A stretch of 64,000 bases of DNA from Terriglobia bacterium (GTDB lineage Bacteria > Acidobacteriota > Terriglobia > 20CM-2-55-15): assembly GCA_965218585.1 (NCBI GenBank), contig CBDCLE010000010.1:32001-96000 (forward strand), read 5' to 3'. The notes beneath the pieces are model-generated. The model searched no databases and was not told the DNA's origin. It worked only from the letters and a program-made list of their open reading frames with translations. A program made the translations under genes and the position numbers. How positions within the stretch are numbered: the first letter of the stretch is position 1; the number at the start of each line of letters is the position of its first letter. This document shows, piece after piece, positions 1 to 10,258 of this stretch.

Positions 1-327
1 GCCCAGCAGCACAACGTTCTCGCGCCGGGTGATGTAGCCGCACTCGGCATAGTCGCGGACCTGAACCGCATCCAGCGCCGGCCACTTCTTCAGGTCGGTC
101 GTTTCCAGGGTCTTGAGCAGTGGAAACCGGGCCTCGCGCAACCGGCGCTGGACCTGATTGGCTTGGCGCTGTTCCAACTCGCGGCTGGCCAGAGCCAGCA
201 GGAAGCCGGTGTACCCCTCTCCGGCCTCCTTGGCCTGCCGGGCGTGTTCGCGCCACTCCCGTCCCATGGCCGGAAGCCGAAGCTGCCGTAATGCGTCGTC
301 CAGAACGATCTCCTGGCCCGGTGTCAT
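1..327 (-). CDS. istB: IS21 helper ATPase IstB, N-terminal part (truncated by window edge)
   Basis: ATG at 327 overlaps the istA stop (ATGA). Manual translation gives MTPGQEIVLDDALRQLRLPAM...RRLREARFPLLKTLE...RENVVLLG, ending just before the expected Walker A. Confidence 0.9.
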   Translation of the reverse strand, partial: MTPGQEIVLDDALRQLRLPAMGREWREHARQAKEAGEGYTGFLLALASRELEQRQANQVQRRLREARFPLLKTLETTDLKKWPALDAVQVRDYAECGYITRRENVVLLG

Positions 328-1847
328 CGCACACCCCCAGTCAGGAGACGGTCGTATTGATCCAGATCGGCTCCAGCGATCGTCCGGTCGGTGATACCGG
401 GCATTAACCCGGACTCGAGCGGGGCATGGGCTCGGGCCGGGGATGCCTCCCGCATCAGAATGTGCTGGACCGCGTCCAGTTCGGCGCAGTGGGCATCGAG
501 CGCTTCCTGAAGGGCCGCCGAGACCCGGTCCAGAGCCCAGTCCTGGTGGAGTTGGAGGATGCCGATAAACTGCCGGGTGCCCCGGCTATACCCGTGCCGT
601 TCCCGCAACCGTTCCAGCGCCGTCTCGTAATGGGCGGGCCACTGGGGCCGCCACTGCCGAATCGGTCGGGCGCTTTCAAACGCCCCCACCTTCCGGCGGA
701 TCAGTTCCAGGTAGTGCATCGGATCAATCCGCCAGTCGCTATGACCGAAGGCTCGGGAATGTTCGGCCACCTTCTTCTGGTCCGCATAAAAGCGCACCCG
801 GTCACAGCCAATATGGGCCCAGAGACGGCGTCCCACATACGCGGTCGGCACCGAGTACCGGTTCGAATCCACCTGCGCGGTCTGGTACCGGCTGATCCGC
901 ACACCCACCACCTTGGTGTTCTCAAATGGCGTCTCGGGCAGTGCCAACAGCCGCTCTTGCTCGGCAGCATGCCGTTCCCCGATCGTGCGGTCGTCGGCCC
1001 GGCCGCCGATCCGGCGCTGGTCGTCGGTCGCGCAGCGTTCCAGCAGCTGCGCGTTCAGATCCTCCAAGTCGGCCACCTCGGGAACCGGCACCAGGAAGTT
1101 CCGGCGTGCGAAACCCTCCAGGCCTTCGACACCGCCTTTCTCCTGGCCCCGGGCCGGATTACAGAACCGCGCTTCAAACGTGTAGTGGGCTCGAAACGCC
1201 GTGAACCGGTCCTGCTCGATCCGGGCCTTCCCTCTCAGAACCCGCTTCACAGCCGTCTTCAGGTTGTCGAAGACCACGGTCGGGAATACGCCGCCGTACC
1301 AGCCGAACCCCCGGATCTGACCGTCCAGGAACATCTCCTGCCGTTCCCACCGATACGCCCGCACAAACGACTTGCCCGAGTACCTGCTCCGCATGCAGAA
1401 CAGTTTGACCTGAAGGTCTTCACCATTCATCCGGACCCCGGCCGTGCCCCAGTCCACTTCGGCTTCCGACGCCTGTTCCGGATCCAGCGGCACCACCGCC
1501 GCCGACCGGCTCCAGCCCAGCCGCATCTTCCGCTCCCGCACCCATCGCCGCACCGTCGGCTCGGCTCCGGTAAATCCATGCTCGTCCACCAGACGTTGCC
1601 ACACCCGGTGCGCCGTGTGTCGCTGCTTGACCGGCTGCTCCCGATCCGCCCGCAGCCAGCCCTCCACGATCCCGGCCACCGGATCCATCACCGGACAGGC
1701 CGGCTCCTTCTCCCGCCGATACTTCGGCTCCTGCCCGGCCAACGCCTTCCGGACCGTCCGTCTCGTGTGCCCGGTCTCCCGGGCGATCTGTCGAATGCTT
1801 TTCTTGTAAACCCGATGTGCGGTCCTGACCATCTCGTACTGATCCAT
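324..1847 (-). CDS. istA: IS21 transposase IstA
   Basis: N-terminal HTH (SIRQIARETGHTRRTVRK); rve core with EAEVDWG, VVFDN and EKGGVE; YSVP motif. Start placed at MDQYEM (ORF track starts at 1889). Confidence 0.95.
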   Translation of the reverse strand: MDQYEMVRTAHRVYKKSIRQIARETGHTRRTVRKALAGQEPKYRREKEPACPVMDPVAGIVEGWLRADREQPVKQRHTAHRVWQRLVDEHGFTGAEPTVRRWVRERKMRLGWSRSAAVVPLDPEQASEAEVDWGTAGVRMNGEDLQVKLFCMRSRYSGKSFVRAYRWERQEMFLDGQIRGFGWYGGVFPTVVFDNLKTAVKRVLRGKARIEQDRFTAFRAHYTFEARFCNPARGQEKGGVEGLEGFARRNFLVPVPEVADLEDLNAQLLERCATDDQRRIGGRADDRTIGERHAAEQERLLALPETPFENTKVVGVRISRYQTAQVDSNRYSVPTAYVGRRLWAHIGCDRVRFYADQKKVAEHSRAFGHSDWRIDPMHYLELIRRKVGAFESARPIRQWRPQWPAHYETALERLRERHGYSRGTRQFIGILQLHQDWALDRVSAALQEALDAHCAELDAVQHILMREASPARAHAPLESGLMPGITDRTIAGADLDQYDRLLTGGVR

Positions 1848-1981
1848 CCCTAACAACTCCTCACCCTCCTTCCCGCCTTGCCGGTTCATCCGGCGACACG
1901 CCGGGGGAGGCTATCAGGGGTGGGTCCCTTTTGCTCGATCAGAACCCCCTTGGGTGGGTCCCTTTTACGTTATCGAAATCA

Positions 1982-4172
1982 CGTTAAGTCAGTTCGGCAA
2001 AATACACCGATTCAGGCACCCGAACTCGTGTGGCCGTTTGGCGGCCGTGGTGTAGAACCGGCCGCCGGTCCAGACCCACTCGCGAACATCAACTCCAATG
2101 GATCGACACCTATCACGGACGTTGCTACTTACGCTGTAGACAACGCGGGCTCCTACGTCATCAACCACGACAAGGATAATGTCCAGCTGATGCATGCCCT
2201 AGGTCATACAGGTGACGGTGTGATCGTGGCCGTTGTCGACTCGGGCCTCCGTCCAGGATTCGGCCATTTTGACACTACCCTGGGCGGCCCCACAGTAGTC
2301 GGTTGTGAAGATTTCGTTGGGGATGGTAACGGCTGTATCGATCGCAACAATGATGGACACGGCACGTTTGTCGCCGGCGTCATAGCAGCTGCGACGGAGT
2401 TTCATTTTTCTCCCAACAATCTGTTCCTGCAGTCTGTGTTGCAGCATGCACCAGGGGCAGCCTTGGATCGCAGACCGAACCCTGCTTTTGACACTGTAGC
2501 GATGATCGGGAGTGCTCCTGACGCCCAGATCTATGCCTTCCGCGTTTTTGGAAGCACCTCCGGGCCGTCAGACACAGCAACCATCCTTCTTGCGGTCAAC
2601 CGGATCATAACTCTTAAAAACACTACACATCCCGCTATAGGCGTCGCGAACTTCAGCCTTGGTCGCCGGACGATTTACGCAGGATTGGACTCCTTTGACA
2701 CGATCTTCGATACTCTCCTGGCAAACGGAATTGTGCTTGTCGTTTCTACGGGTAATGCTGGGCCGGCACTTTTGACGACGGCTAGCCCCGCGAGTGCTTT
2801 CAGTGCGGTCGCAGTCGGCGCAGGAAGTCTCGTCCACCAGGACCGGATCACTGCGGACGTCGGTTTCTTCGGGGCAGCCGGGCCTGGGGACACCTTGCGC
2901 CCATTCACTCCGGGACAAACAGCGTGGTTCAGTTCGCGTGGCCCAAATGCAGACAGCCGGCGGGGACCGGGTGTCATGGCTGATGGTTTCGGCGTGTTTG
3001 GTGCCGGACTCGCCAACAACAGCGGTCGAGTCAGCCTGGGTATCGGTAGCAGCTTTGCCGCACCGAACGTCGCAGGAATTGCTGCCCTGCTATGGAATGC
3101 CGCACCCCCGTTAACGACAGCAACACAGATTCGGAATGCTATCGTTGGGACTGGCAATGAACTGATTATCCTCGGCGGTGAAACGGTCAATGATCAGGGA
3201 AATGGGTGGGTCGACGCGTCACAGGCACTGATTGATCTGCCCGGAGTATCTGGTACGCTGCCGACGCTTACAGCGCCTTTTCCTTTTCCGGATGTAGTGG
3301 ACAATGTCGGTCAGGCAACAGTATCAGCTTTAGACCCCCCGACACATCTCAAGAATCTCGAGCCTGGGGATCGTCAGGACGTGATCTATGAAGTCTTTCC
3401 GGGAGATACGGGAATAACAGTCGTGCTATCCGATATAGAAGAGGCCATGTGTAGCTCAAATCCTGCCCCATTCTTCGGCAACGAGTTGCAGGTCGCGATT
3501 CATACAGTTAAGACTTCGACGGTCGGACCCGCAGGGCAGTACTACGACCTAAATCCTACCGAGGGCTTCGAACACGCGTTCATAGGGGAATCGGATGCCG
3601 ACGGCACGAACGTTTCCGGAGTACTCCCCGAGGCGTGTGATTTTTTGACCGGGATCTGTTCTTTTCCGTTGGTAACACTGGAGCCGGGGCTCCTCAGGGT
3701 CAGCATCAATGGTGCCACGACGAATGCGTGCGAGATGTCGGTTAAAGTCGACTTCGACATGCCCACGACGGAGGGAACGCCGCTCGCTTATAGTTCTGGC
3801 TCCGTCCTTGATGGGGCCACCGTTTCTGCTGGCTCAATTCTGGTCGAGCCTGGTGACGGCGACATCGAGTTCCAACTCTCCTGGGACAACGACTGGACGA
3901 AGTATAAGGGCAGCGACCTTGAACTTCTCGTCGTTATGCCAGGTTTTCCTGCGTTGCCTCTGGGCCAGACGCTCGATGCACCCGAAAGGTTTGTCATCAA
4001 CTCAGAAGTTCTGACAGCGCTCCTAGGGTCCAAGAAGCCGGTGCCACTTCCCACCGGAACCTGGACCATGTCGGTTAAGGGATTCGAGGTCAACGAAGCG
4101 GACCCGCTATACCCCGTGGGGGAAAGCTGGAAACTGCGAGTGTGGATCGACAACTTCGCTCAGCTACCTTAA
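1982..4172 (+). pseudogene. S8 subtilisin-like serine peptidase, 5'-truncated by IS21
   Basis: Catalytic motifs VAVVDSG, DGHGTFVAG and GSSFAAPNVAG. The ORF-track N-terminus (1878-1981) lies inside the IS. No signal peptide remains. Confidence 0.8.
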
Positions 4173-4184
4173 ATCCGATTATCG

Positions 4185-4220
4185 AAAGAAAGGGCGGTCT
4201 CCGGACCGCCCTTTTTCTTT
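4185..4220. terminator. Bidirectional rho-independent terminator
   Basis: AAAGAAAGGGCGGTC-TCCG-GACCGCCCTTTTTCTTT between convergent genes. Confidence 0.85.
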
Positions 4221-4233
4221 TCTTATCTCAACG

Positions 4234-4935
4234 CTACAACCCTCCCGCAAACTCCATCGCAATCTGCGGCGCATCCGGATTGTCTTCGTGCTTGATGAAC
4301 GCGAAAACCTCGATGCCGTCCTCAGTCCAGCCTTGGATCCTATCCTGCCACTGGGCCCTCTCCTTCGCAGTGTAGCTCGACTTTCTCAGCCGCACGTACG
4401 TCTTCTCCGAAGTTAACCGAATTGGCGTCGTGTGGTCGTCTGCGTCGTGAATACAGAGTGTCGCACCATACTTTTCGAGCAAGCCATAAACTTCATTCGC
4501 AAACCACGACTCATTGCGAAATTCGAACGCTGCGGGAATATCCTTCGGCAGCCCAGCCAGAAAAAGCTCCAGACGTTCGAGATCCAGTTTGAAGTTGGGA
4601 GGCAGCTGATAGAGGACGATCCCCAGACGGTCTTCGAGGCGGGGAAGTGTGTCCAGCAGGTAATCCAGGGCTTCTGACGGCACACGGAGACGTTCCCAGT
4701 GGGTAATCTTCCGGGAGGCCTTGAGGGCGAACCGGAACCCGGGAGGCGTCAGGGCCTTCCAGTTGTCCAACGTCTTGGCCGTTGGCATCCTGTAGAACGT
4801 ATAGTCGATCTCGACCGCACGGAACCGTGAGGCGTAGTACTCGAGAAACAGCCGCTGGGGGACCTCCTTCGGATAGAAGGACGGTTTCCACTCCTTATAG
4901 GCAAAACCCGACGTACCCATCCACACATCTGCCAT
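4234..4935 (-). CDS. DUF72 (YecE-like) protein
   Basis: GTSGFAYKEW, VEIDYTFY, LYQLPP and AFEFRNESW motifs; GGGAGG RBS before ATG 4935. Confidence 0.9.
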   Translation of the reverse strand: MADVWMGTSGFAYKEWKPSFYPKEVPQRLFLEYYASRFRAVEIDYTFYRMPTAKTLDNWKALTPPGFRFALKASRKITHWERLRVPSEALDYLLDTLPRLEDRLGIVLYQLPPNFKLDLERLELFLAGLPKDIPAAFEFRNESWFANEVYGLLEKYGATLCIHDADDHTTPIRLTSEKTYVRLRKSSYTAKERAQWQDRIQGWTEDGIEVFAFIKHEDNPDAPQIAMEFAGGL

Positions 4936-5557
4936 AGAAACCTCCCTCAAATCGGCATCTGATGTCCCTCATCATATAACAGAGAATATCTTGTTCTTAA
5001 TACGGGCCTTATAGCGATATCCACCCTCTCCAGCCCTGACTGGCCGCCCAGATCCGCTCCGGTAAGACGGATTCTGAGAACCCTTACCGAACAAGCCTTT
5101 CCAGCCGAAAAGGCTCCGGTACCCTCGTCCCTTACACCTGCGGCTACTCCAGAAGCGTCTGGGGTGCCACAGACGGGCATTCGAGGCCACACGACTACTG
5201 AAAGGCCCGTCTGACAGTATCAACAAAAGTGTTACGCCGATGAAAACCCGATGCCTATTGATCCAAAAGGGACCCCACTTTTCAACAGGAAGCAAAAACG
5301 CCCAAATTCAGTGCAAAACGCTAGAAACGATCGCTTTAGAGGCCTACAGAGCGGCTCTGAGAGAGTTTTACACAGGTTTATTCACAGGACTTGTGGAACG
5401 AGGAAATGTCCCGCCATTTTTGCGGATCTGGGTAGGGAATTGCGACCCCGTGGAGCGAAGAGGACCGAAGAGCCCTGATGCTCGTCCCTAGACGACTTGA
5501 CATAATACTCATTATGCGACATTCGATCCCCGATTAACCACCCTTGAACCCAAACCA

Positions 5558-6589
5558 TTGAAGAGCCATAATTTCCATGTGCTCGTGGAAGATACACTCC
5601 AACGCCCGCTACGCGATCTGAGGATCTCGGTTACCGATCGCTGCAACTACCGCTGCAACTACTGTATGCCCTTCGACGAGTATGTCTGGACTGAACGATC
5701 GGAATTGCTCTCCTTCGAGGAGATTACCCGCCTGACAGCGATTTTCAACTCCCACGGGGTTAACCAGATTCGCCTGACGGGCGGTGAGCCGCTTGTCCGA
5801 CAGAATCTTCCCGATCTCGTGGAGCGCCTGCGTGGACTGGAGGGAGTCAAAGACATCTCCCTGACAACCAATGGCTCACTTCTCTCCGCGCATGCGGCCG
5901 ACCTGCATCGGGCCGGCCTCAATAGAATCAATGTGAGCCTTGACACCCTACAGGCAGATCGTTTCCGAGAAATGACTCGTCGGGGAGACCTCAACGAAGT
6001 TCTGAATGGAATCCGGACCGCTCGTCAGGTTGGCTTCGGGCGGATCAAGATCAACGCTGTCGTGATCAAAGGCGTCAACGATGATGAGATTCTCGATCTC
6101 GTCGACTACTCCAGGTCGGAAGGACTGGAAGTACGGTTCATTGAATATATGGATGTGGGTAACGCGAACGACTGGAGCCTCAAACGCACTGTTTCCAAGA
6201 AAGAGATTCTGGAAATCGTCGCGTCCCGCTATCCGTTAAAGGATATTGGCCGCCGCGAAGGCCGTGCACCTTCTTCTGACTATGCATTTGTAGACAGCAA
6301 AGGATCTGTTGGCGTTATCGGGTCTGTAACGGAGCCGTTCTGCTCAAGTTGCACTCGAGGACGCCTGACCGCGGACGGCCGACTCGTGACATGTCTTTTC
6401 TCAGAAACAGGGTTTGATCTGAAATCTTTACTTCGTGGCGGAGAAACCGACGACGTCATTGCTGGTGCGATTGGTTCCGCCTGGGGTCAACGCTCAGATA
6501 AATATTCCGATGAAAGATGGGATGCAATCAGAGCGGGGCGCAGCATTCAAAGCCGAAAAAAAATCGAAATGATCACGCTTGGCGGCTAA
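5558..6589 (+). CDS. moaA: GTP 3',8-cyclase MoaA
   Basis: LRISVTDRCNYRCNYC radical-SAM motif, FCSSCTR second cluster, C-terminal LGG; true start may be GTG 5579. Confidence 0.96.
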   Translation: MKSHNFHVLVEDTLQRPLRDLRISVTDRCNYRCNYCMPFDEYVWTERSELLSFEEITRLTAIFNSHGVNQIRLTGGEPLVRQNLPDLVERLRGLEGVKDISLTTNGSLLSAHAADLHRAGLNRINVSLDTLQADRFREMTRRGDLNEVLNGIRTARQVGFGRIKINAVVIKGVNDDEILDLVDYSRSEGLEVRFIEYMDVGNANDWSLKRTVSKKEILEIVASRYPLKDIGRREGRAPSSDYAFVDSKGSVGVIGSVTEPFCSSCTRGRLTADGRLVTCLFSETGFDLKSLLRGGETDDVIAGAIGSAWGQRSDKYSDERWDAIRAGRSIQSRKKIEMITLGG

Positions 6590-6639
6590 CGCGTCACCCC
6601 TTCCCCTTGCGCCATTCTAAAAGTCGCATTTCGCTTGAA

Positions 6640-6679
6640 ACTAAGAAGGGGGATTGCGGCCCGAAGCCCGCAATCCCCC
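6640..6679 (-). terminator. Rho-independent terminator
   Basis: Minus strand GGGGGATTGCGG...cTTCGg...CCGCAATCCCCC followed by TTCTTAGTTT. Confidence 0.75.
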
Positions 6680-6702
6680 GCTGCTTTCAAGTAAACCTCT
6701 AA

Positions 6703-6848
6703 GTGTGAGGCGTGGCGCTGGTATGGGTGCTTTCTGTTGTCGTGTCGCGAGGCGATTACCCAGCGCTGGAGTCAGGACTTACATCCTGAAGTAATCGCCA
6801 ACTCTACAGTGAACGCGTGCTTGAACGATAAGCGAACGCCCGTCACAC
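6703..6848. ncRNA. Putative rod-like structured RNA (6S-like architecture, unconfirmed)
   Basis: Nested pairings GTGTGA/TCACAC, GGCGT/ACGCC and CGCT/AGCG, a central bubble, then GGCGATTAC/GTAATCGCC and TCAGGA/TCCTGA. Confidence 0.35.
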
Positions 6849-6941
6849 CGCCGGAACGCCCCGTACTGCAAGAGATGCCGTCAATGTACCGTTGACGATC
6901 TTCTTTAAGGCGAATCGAACTCGGTCACTTTCGAAAAAACG

Positions 6942-7154
6942 TTACCGTCTCTTCTTCGCTTTCTTCTTGGCTTTCTTTTTGGCCTTTTTCTTAGCAACCT
7001 TCTTCTTAGCTTTCTTCTTGGCTGCTTTCTTCTGGGTGGCTTTCTTCTTCGCCTTCTTCTTTGCCACCTTCTTCTTGGCTTTCTTCTTCGTCACTTTCTT
7101 CTTAGCGGCTTTCTTCTTCGCCTTCTTTTTAGGCGCTTTCTTTTTTGCTGCCAT
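6942..7154 (-). CDS. Histone H1-like Lys/Ala-rich nucleoid protein
   Basis: 70 aa of KKKAK/KKKVA repeats; AAGGAG RBS upstream. Confidence 0.85.
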   Translation of the reverse strand: MAAKKKAPKKKAKKKAAKKKVTKKKAKKKVAKKKAKKKATQKKAAKKKAKKKVAKKKAKKKAKKKAKKRR

Positions 7155-7351
7155 ATTGAAGCTCTCCTTTTTCTTTTCTCTATTGTTGTTTTTATTCTTC
7201 TTCGTACTTTGCTGCGACGCTAAACAACGCGACGCACCTTGGTACTTTCCTACAATCGCGTTATGTTTTCCAGTAAAGAATAGAAGCTACACCTAACGCG
7301 ACATCATATTCTTTTCTTGTTCATTCCCAGATCAGGTCCCTGATTTTTCGA

Positions 7352-7852
7352 TTGTTGATTATGAAACGATCGTCACGTAGGGTTCTTTACGTGCGCTACT
7401 TACTTTTATTGACGACTCTTTTGTTTGTATCGACGGGTTGTTCACGTCTCGATGTATTGACTGAAGAAACTCTCCTCGATGCAGAAGCGCGTTGGAGAAC
7501 AAACACTCCGGGCCTGTATCGTGTCGTCGTTGAAATGAGTGGGGAGCGCGTTGAAACGGGAATCTTCGATGCTTTAGTGAGAGACGGACAGGTTGTAAGC
7601 TTGAAGAGAAATGACCAGGTGATCCTGCCCGATGGGGCACAGGATTATTCAATTGGAGGCCTGTTCCGCTTGCTTGGACAGGAATTAGCCTTAGCCGAAC
7701 AACCTTCCCTGCTCGGCGCACCGGCAGGATATGCGGCACACTTGCTGGCACGTTTTGACAGCGAAACGGGCCGACTGGAACGTTATCGACGAACTGTTAC
7801 AGGGGTAAACAACAACATTGAAATTACGATTCTGGAATTCGAACCGCAGTAA
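7352..7852 (+). CDS. Hypothetical lipoprotein
   Basis: Basic N-terminus, hydrophobic stretch, VSTGC lipobox-like site. Confidence 0.7.
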   Translation: MLIMKRSSRRVLYVRYLLLLTTLLFVSTGCSRLDVLTEETLLDAEARWRTNTPGLYRVVVEMSGERVETGIFDALVRDGQVVSLKRNDQVILPDGAQDYSIGGLFRLLGQELALAEQPSLLGAPAGYAAHLLARFDSETGRLERYRRTVTGVNNNIEITILEFEPQ

Positions 7853-7857
7853 GGAAC

Positions 7858-9405
7858 CTATTCTAGGCCGTAGCGCTTGACCTTGTTGATCAAGCCCTGA
7901 TGACTTAGACCAAGAAGCTTCGAGGCTTTGCGGCGATCACCTTCCGCTTCACTGAGGGTTTCCCGAATCATCTGAATCTCAAGTGTAGCCACACGGTCCT
8001 TAAGTAATTTTCTTGTGTCGGCAGAAACGGAGTCTCTTTCGGCAGGGAGCAGCGACGGATTATTTTCACGAATCGCTTCAGATAAATCATCGACCTGAAC
8101 GTGTTCTTCAGCAGAAAGAACCAGCGCCCGCCTGACTTCGTTCTCGAGTTCACGCACGTTGCCCGGCCACTCGTATGAAATGAGTGCTTTTATCGCTTCA
8201 GTCGAAAACCCTTTCGTCCGACTGCCAAGTTCCGGTCCGTATTTTTGCAGGAAGTGTGTTGCCAGCAAAGCAATGTCGCCGCGTATTTCACGCAGAGACG
8301 CCATCTTCAAGTGGACGATGTTCAGCCTGAAAAACAGGTCCTGCCGAAATCTTCCGGCTTCGATCTCTCCCGACAGTTCCTTGTTCGTTGCTGCAACCAA
8401 TCGAATATTGACAGGTACGGGTTTTCGACCTCCTACCCATTCGACTTCCCTTTCCTGAAGAACTCTCAGCAATTTTGCCTGGGCCGACATACTGAGATCA
8501 CCGATTTCATCTAGAAAGAGCGTCCCTCCCGAAGCAGATTCAATCCTTCCCACTCTGCGCTCAACGCCGGTGGCAACACCCTTTTCAATACCGAAGAGTT
8601 CCGCTTCGAGCAGAGATTCGGGTAGTGCCGCACAGTTGACGGCAACAAAAGGCTTGTCTCGTCTCGGTCCTCCATAATGAATCGCGCGTGCCGCGAGTTC
8701 TTTTCCGGTACCGTTCTCTCCAGTAATCAGAACCGAAATGCCGGTCGCTGACACTTTATCGATCAGACTCCGTATGTCATCGACTCTCTTTGTTGTCCCC
8801 AGAATGTTTCGAGATGAGAAACGTTCCGCCACTTCGTGCCGCAAAGACTGGTTCTCTTTGACCAACTCCTTTTGCTTCTCTTCCAGCTCCATCAATTGGC
8901 GAGCATTCCCCAACGCCACCGCCGCCTGAGAAGCCAGTGCTTCAACGAATTGGTCGTCTTCATTACTGAAACGACCATCCCGCTTGTTGAGAACCTGAAA
9001 CACTCTCACGACATCACCCTTGTAGTTCCGGATCGGAACACACAGGATGTTCCGCGTTCTGAAGCCTGTAAGAGAGTCGATAGCGGGATAGAAGAGCGGC
9101 GAATTATACGCATCTTCGACCGTCATGGTCTTGCCGGTCTTTATAACGGCGCCTGCGATGCCCAGTCGCGAATCAAATCGAATGACTTCTGACGTGCCCA
9201 GCGCAACCTTTGCCCAAAGCTCGCCCTTATCGTCATCGAGCAGAAAGATTGTTGCGCGCTCCGCGTCGACCAATTTAGCGGCCTCTGTAGCGATTATGTT
9301 GAGCAGTTCGTCAAAATTCTTTTCCGAGTTGATGCGCTAACAAACATCGAGGAGAGTGACGAAGCGGTCGATGACCATGTGGGGGGCGTGAAAGTCAGTT
9401 TTCAT
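7858..9405 (-). CDS. GAF-domain sigma-54-dependent activator (NifA/FhlA-like) with in-frame TAG at 9337-9339
   Basis: GENGTGKE, GVATGV (GAFTGA variant), LFLDEIG, WPGNVREL and a Fis HTH. The frame continues upstream of 9273 through a TAG to ATG 9378/9405. Confidence 0.85.
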
Positions 9406-9454
9406 GTCGTTGCAAAGGTAGACATCCCATCAAACAATGTCAATAATACGCCCC

Positions 9455-10168
9455 ATGACTGGGCATTTTCGAGGCTTTCCGGAAGAAGGACTGCGGTTCC
9501 TGAAAGGTCTAAAACGAAACAACAAGAGAGAGTGGTTCGAGAAGCGAAAGGACCTTTATGTTGCAAAGGTCAAGGATCCAATGGCATCCCTTATTGTCGC
9601 GATATCCGCCGACCTTGGAAAATTCGCTCCGGAGATGATCGGCACACCAAAGATCTCGGCGTACCGTATTTATCGGGATACACGATTTTCCCCGAATAAG
9701 GCACCGTACAAGACACACGCGGCAGCAGTCTTTCCCCGGCGCGGACTCGGGAAGCATGAAGGTGCAGGATTCTATGTCCATATTGCTCCGGATGAAGTCT
9801 TCGTGGGAGGAGGACTCTTCAGACCGGTTTCCGCCGATCTCCAGTCACTGCGCGAGCACATCGCGGTCAACCACAAATCGTTTCGTTCCACGATCGGCTC
9901 TCAGAAGTTCAGGAAATTTTTCGGTGAAATGTCGGGGGAACAACTGACACGAGTACCCCGCGGTTTCCCAAAAGACCATCCCGGGGCAGACCTCCTGCGC
10001 TACAAACAGTTTCTTGCGTTGCGGAGCTTCGACCCTCAGTTTGTCACCACACCTGGCTTCTATCCCGAAATCATCCGCACATTCAGAGCACTCCTCCCGA
10101 TGATTCGTTTCCTGAACGAGCCCATTGTCGGCCGGCATCAGCAATCTGACTTGAGCATCACGAAATGA
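9455..10168 (+). CDS. DUF2461 / TIGR02453 family protein
   Basis: NNKREWF, RIYRDTRFSPNKAPYKT and RVPRGFPKDHP. Confidence 0.9.
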   Translation: MTGHFRGFPEEGLRFLKGLKRNNKREWFEKRKDLYVAKVKDPMASLIVAISADLGKFAPEMIGTPKISAYRIYRDTRFSPNKAPYKTHAAAVFPRRGLGKHEGAGFYVHIAPDEVFVGGGLFRPVSADLQSLREHIAVNHKSFRSTIGSQKFRKFFGEMSGEQLTRVPRGFPKDHPGADLLRYKQFLALRSFDPQFVTTPGFYPEIIRTFRALLPMIRFLNEPIVGRHQQSDLSITK

Positions 10169-10258
10169 CACTGATAAAGTGAGCGGTCCGGAACCGATCT
10201 GATGGAAAAGAATGCTGGAACTTTAAACGTCCCTGCCGTCAACTGATCTAAGCGAGTA

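Larger units (their letters stand above)
1..1981 (-). mobile_element. IS21-family insertion sequence (partial; runs off the window start)
   Basis: istA-istB pair. The end reads TGATTTCGATAACG on the minus strand from 1981 (TG terminus typical of IS21). A subterminal 15-bp repeat GGGTGGGTCCCTTTT occurs at 1918-1932 and 1952-1966. Confidence 0.9.

Noticed and set aside
426-1853. 475-aa + strand ORF and similar long antisense ORFs (e.g. 28692-30011, 63051-63950)
   Set aside because: Shadows of GC-rich transposase genes with no recognisable motifs
5400-5580. Moco riboswitch upstream of moaA
   Set aside because: I could not recognise the motif by eye; it needs an Rfam scan
6892-7296. Phe/Ala-rich 134-aa ORF on +
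   Set aside because: Antisense shadow of the Lys-rich gene, which has the RBS
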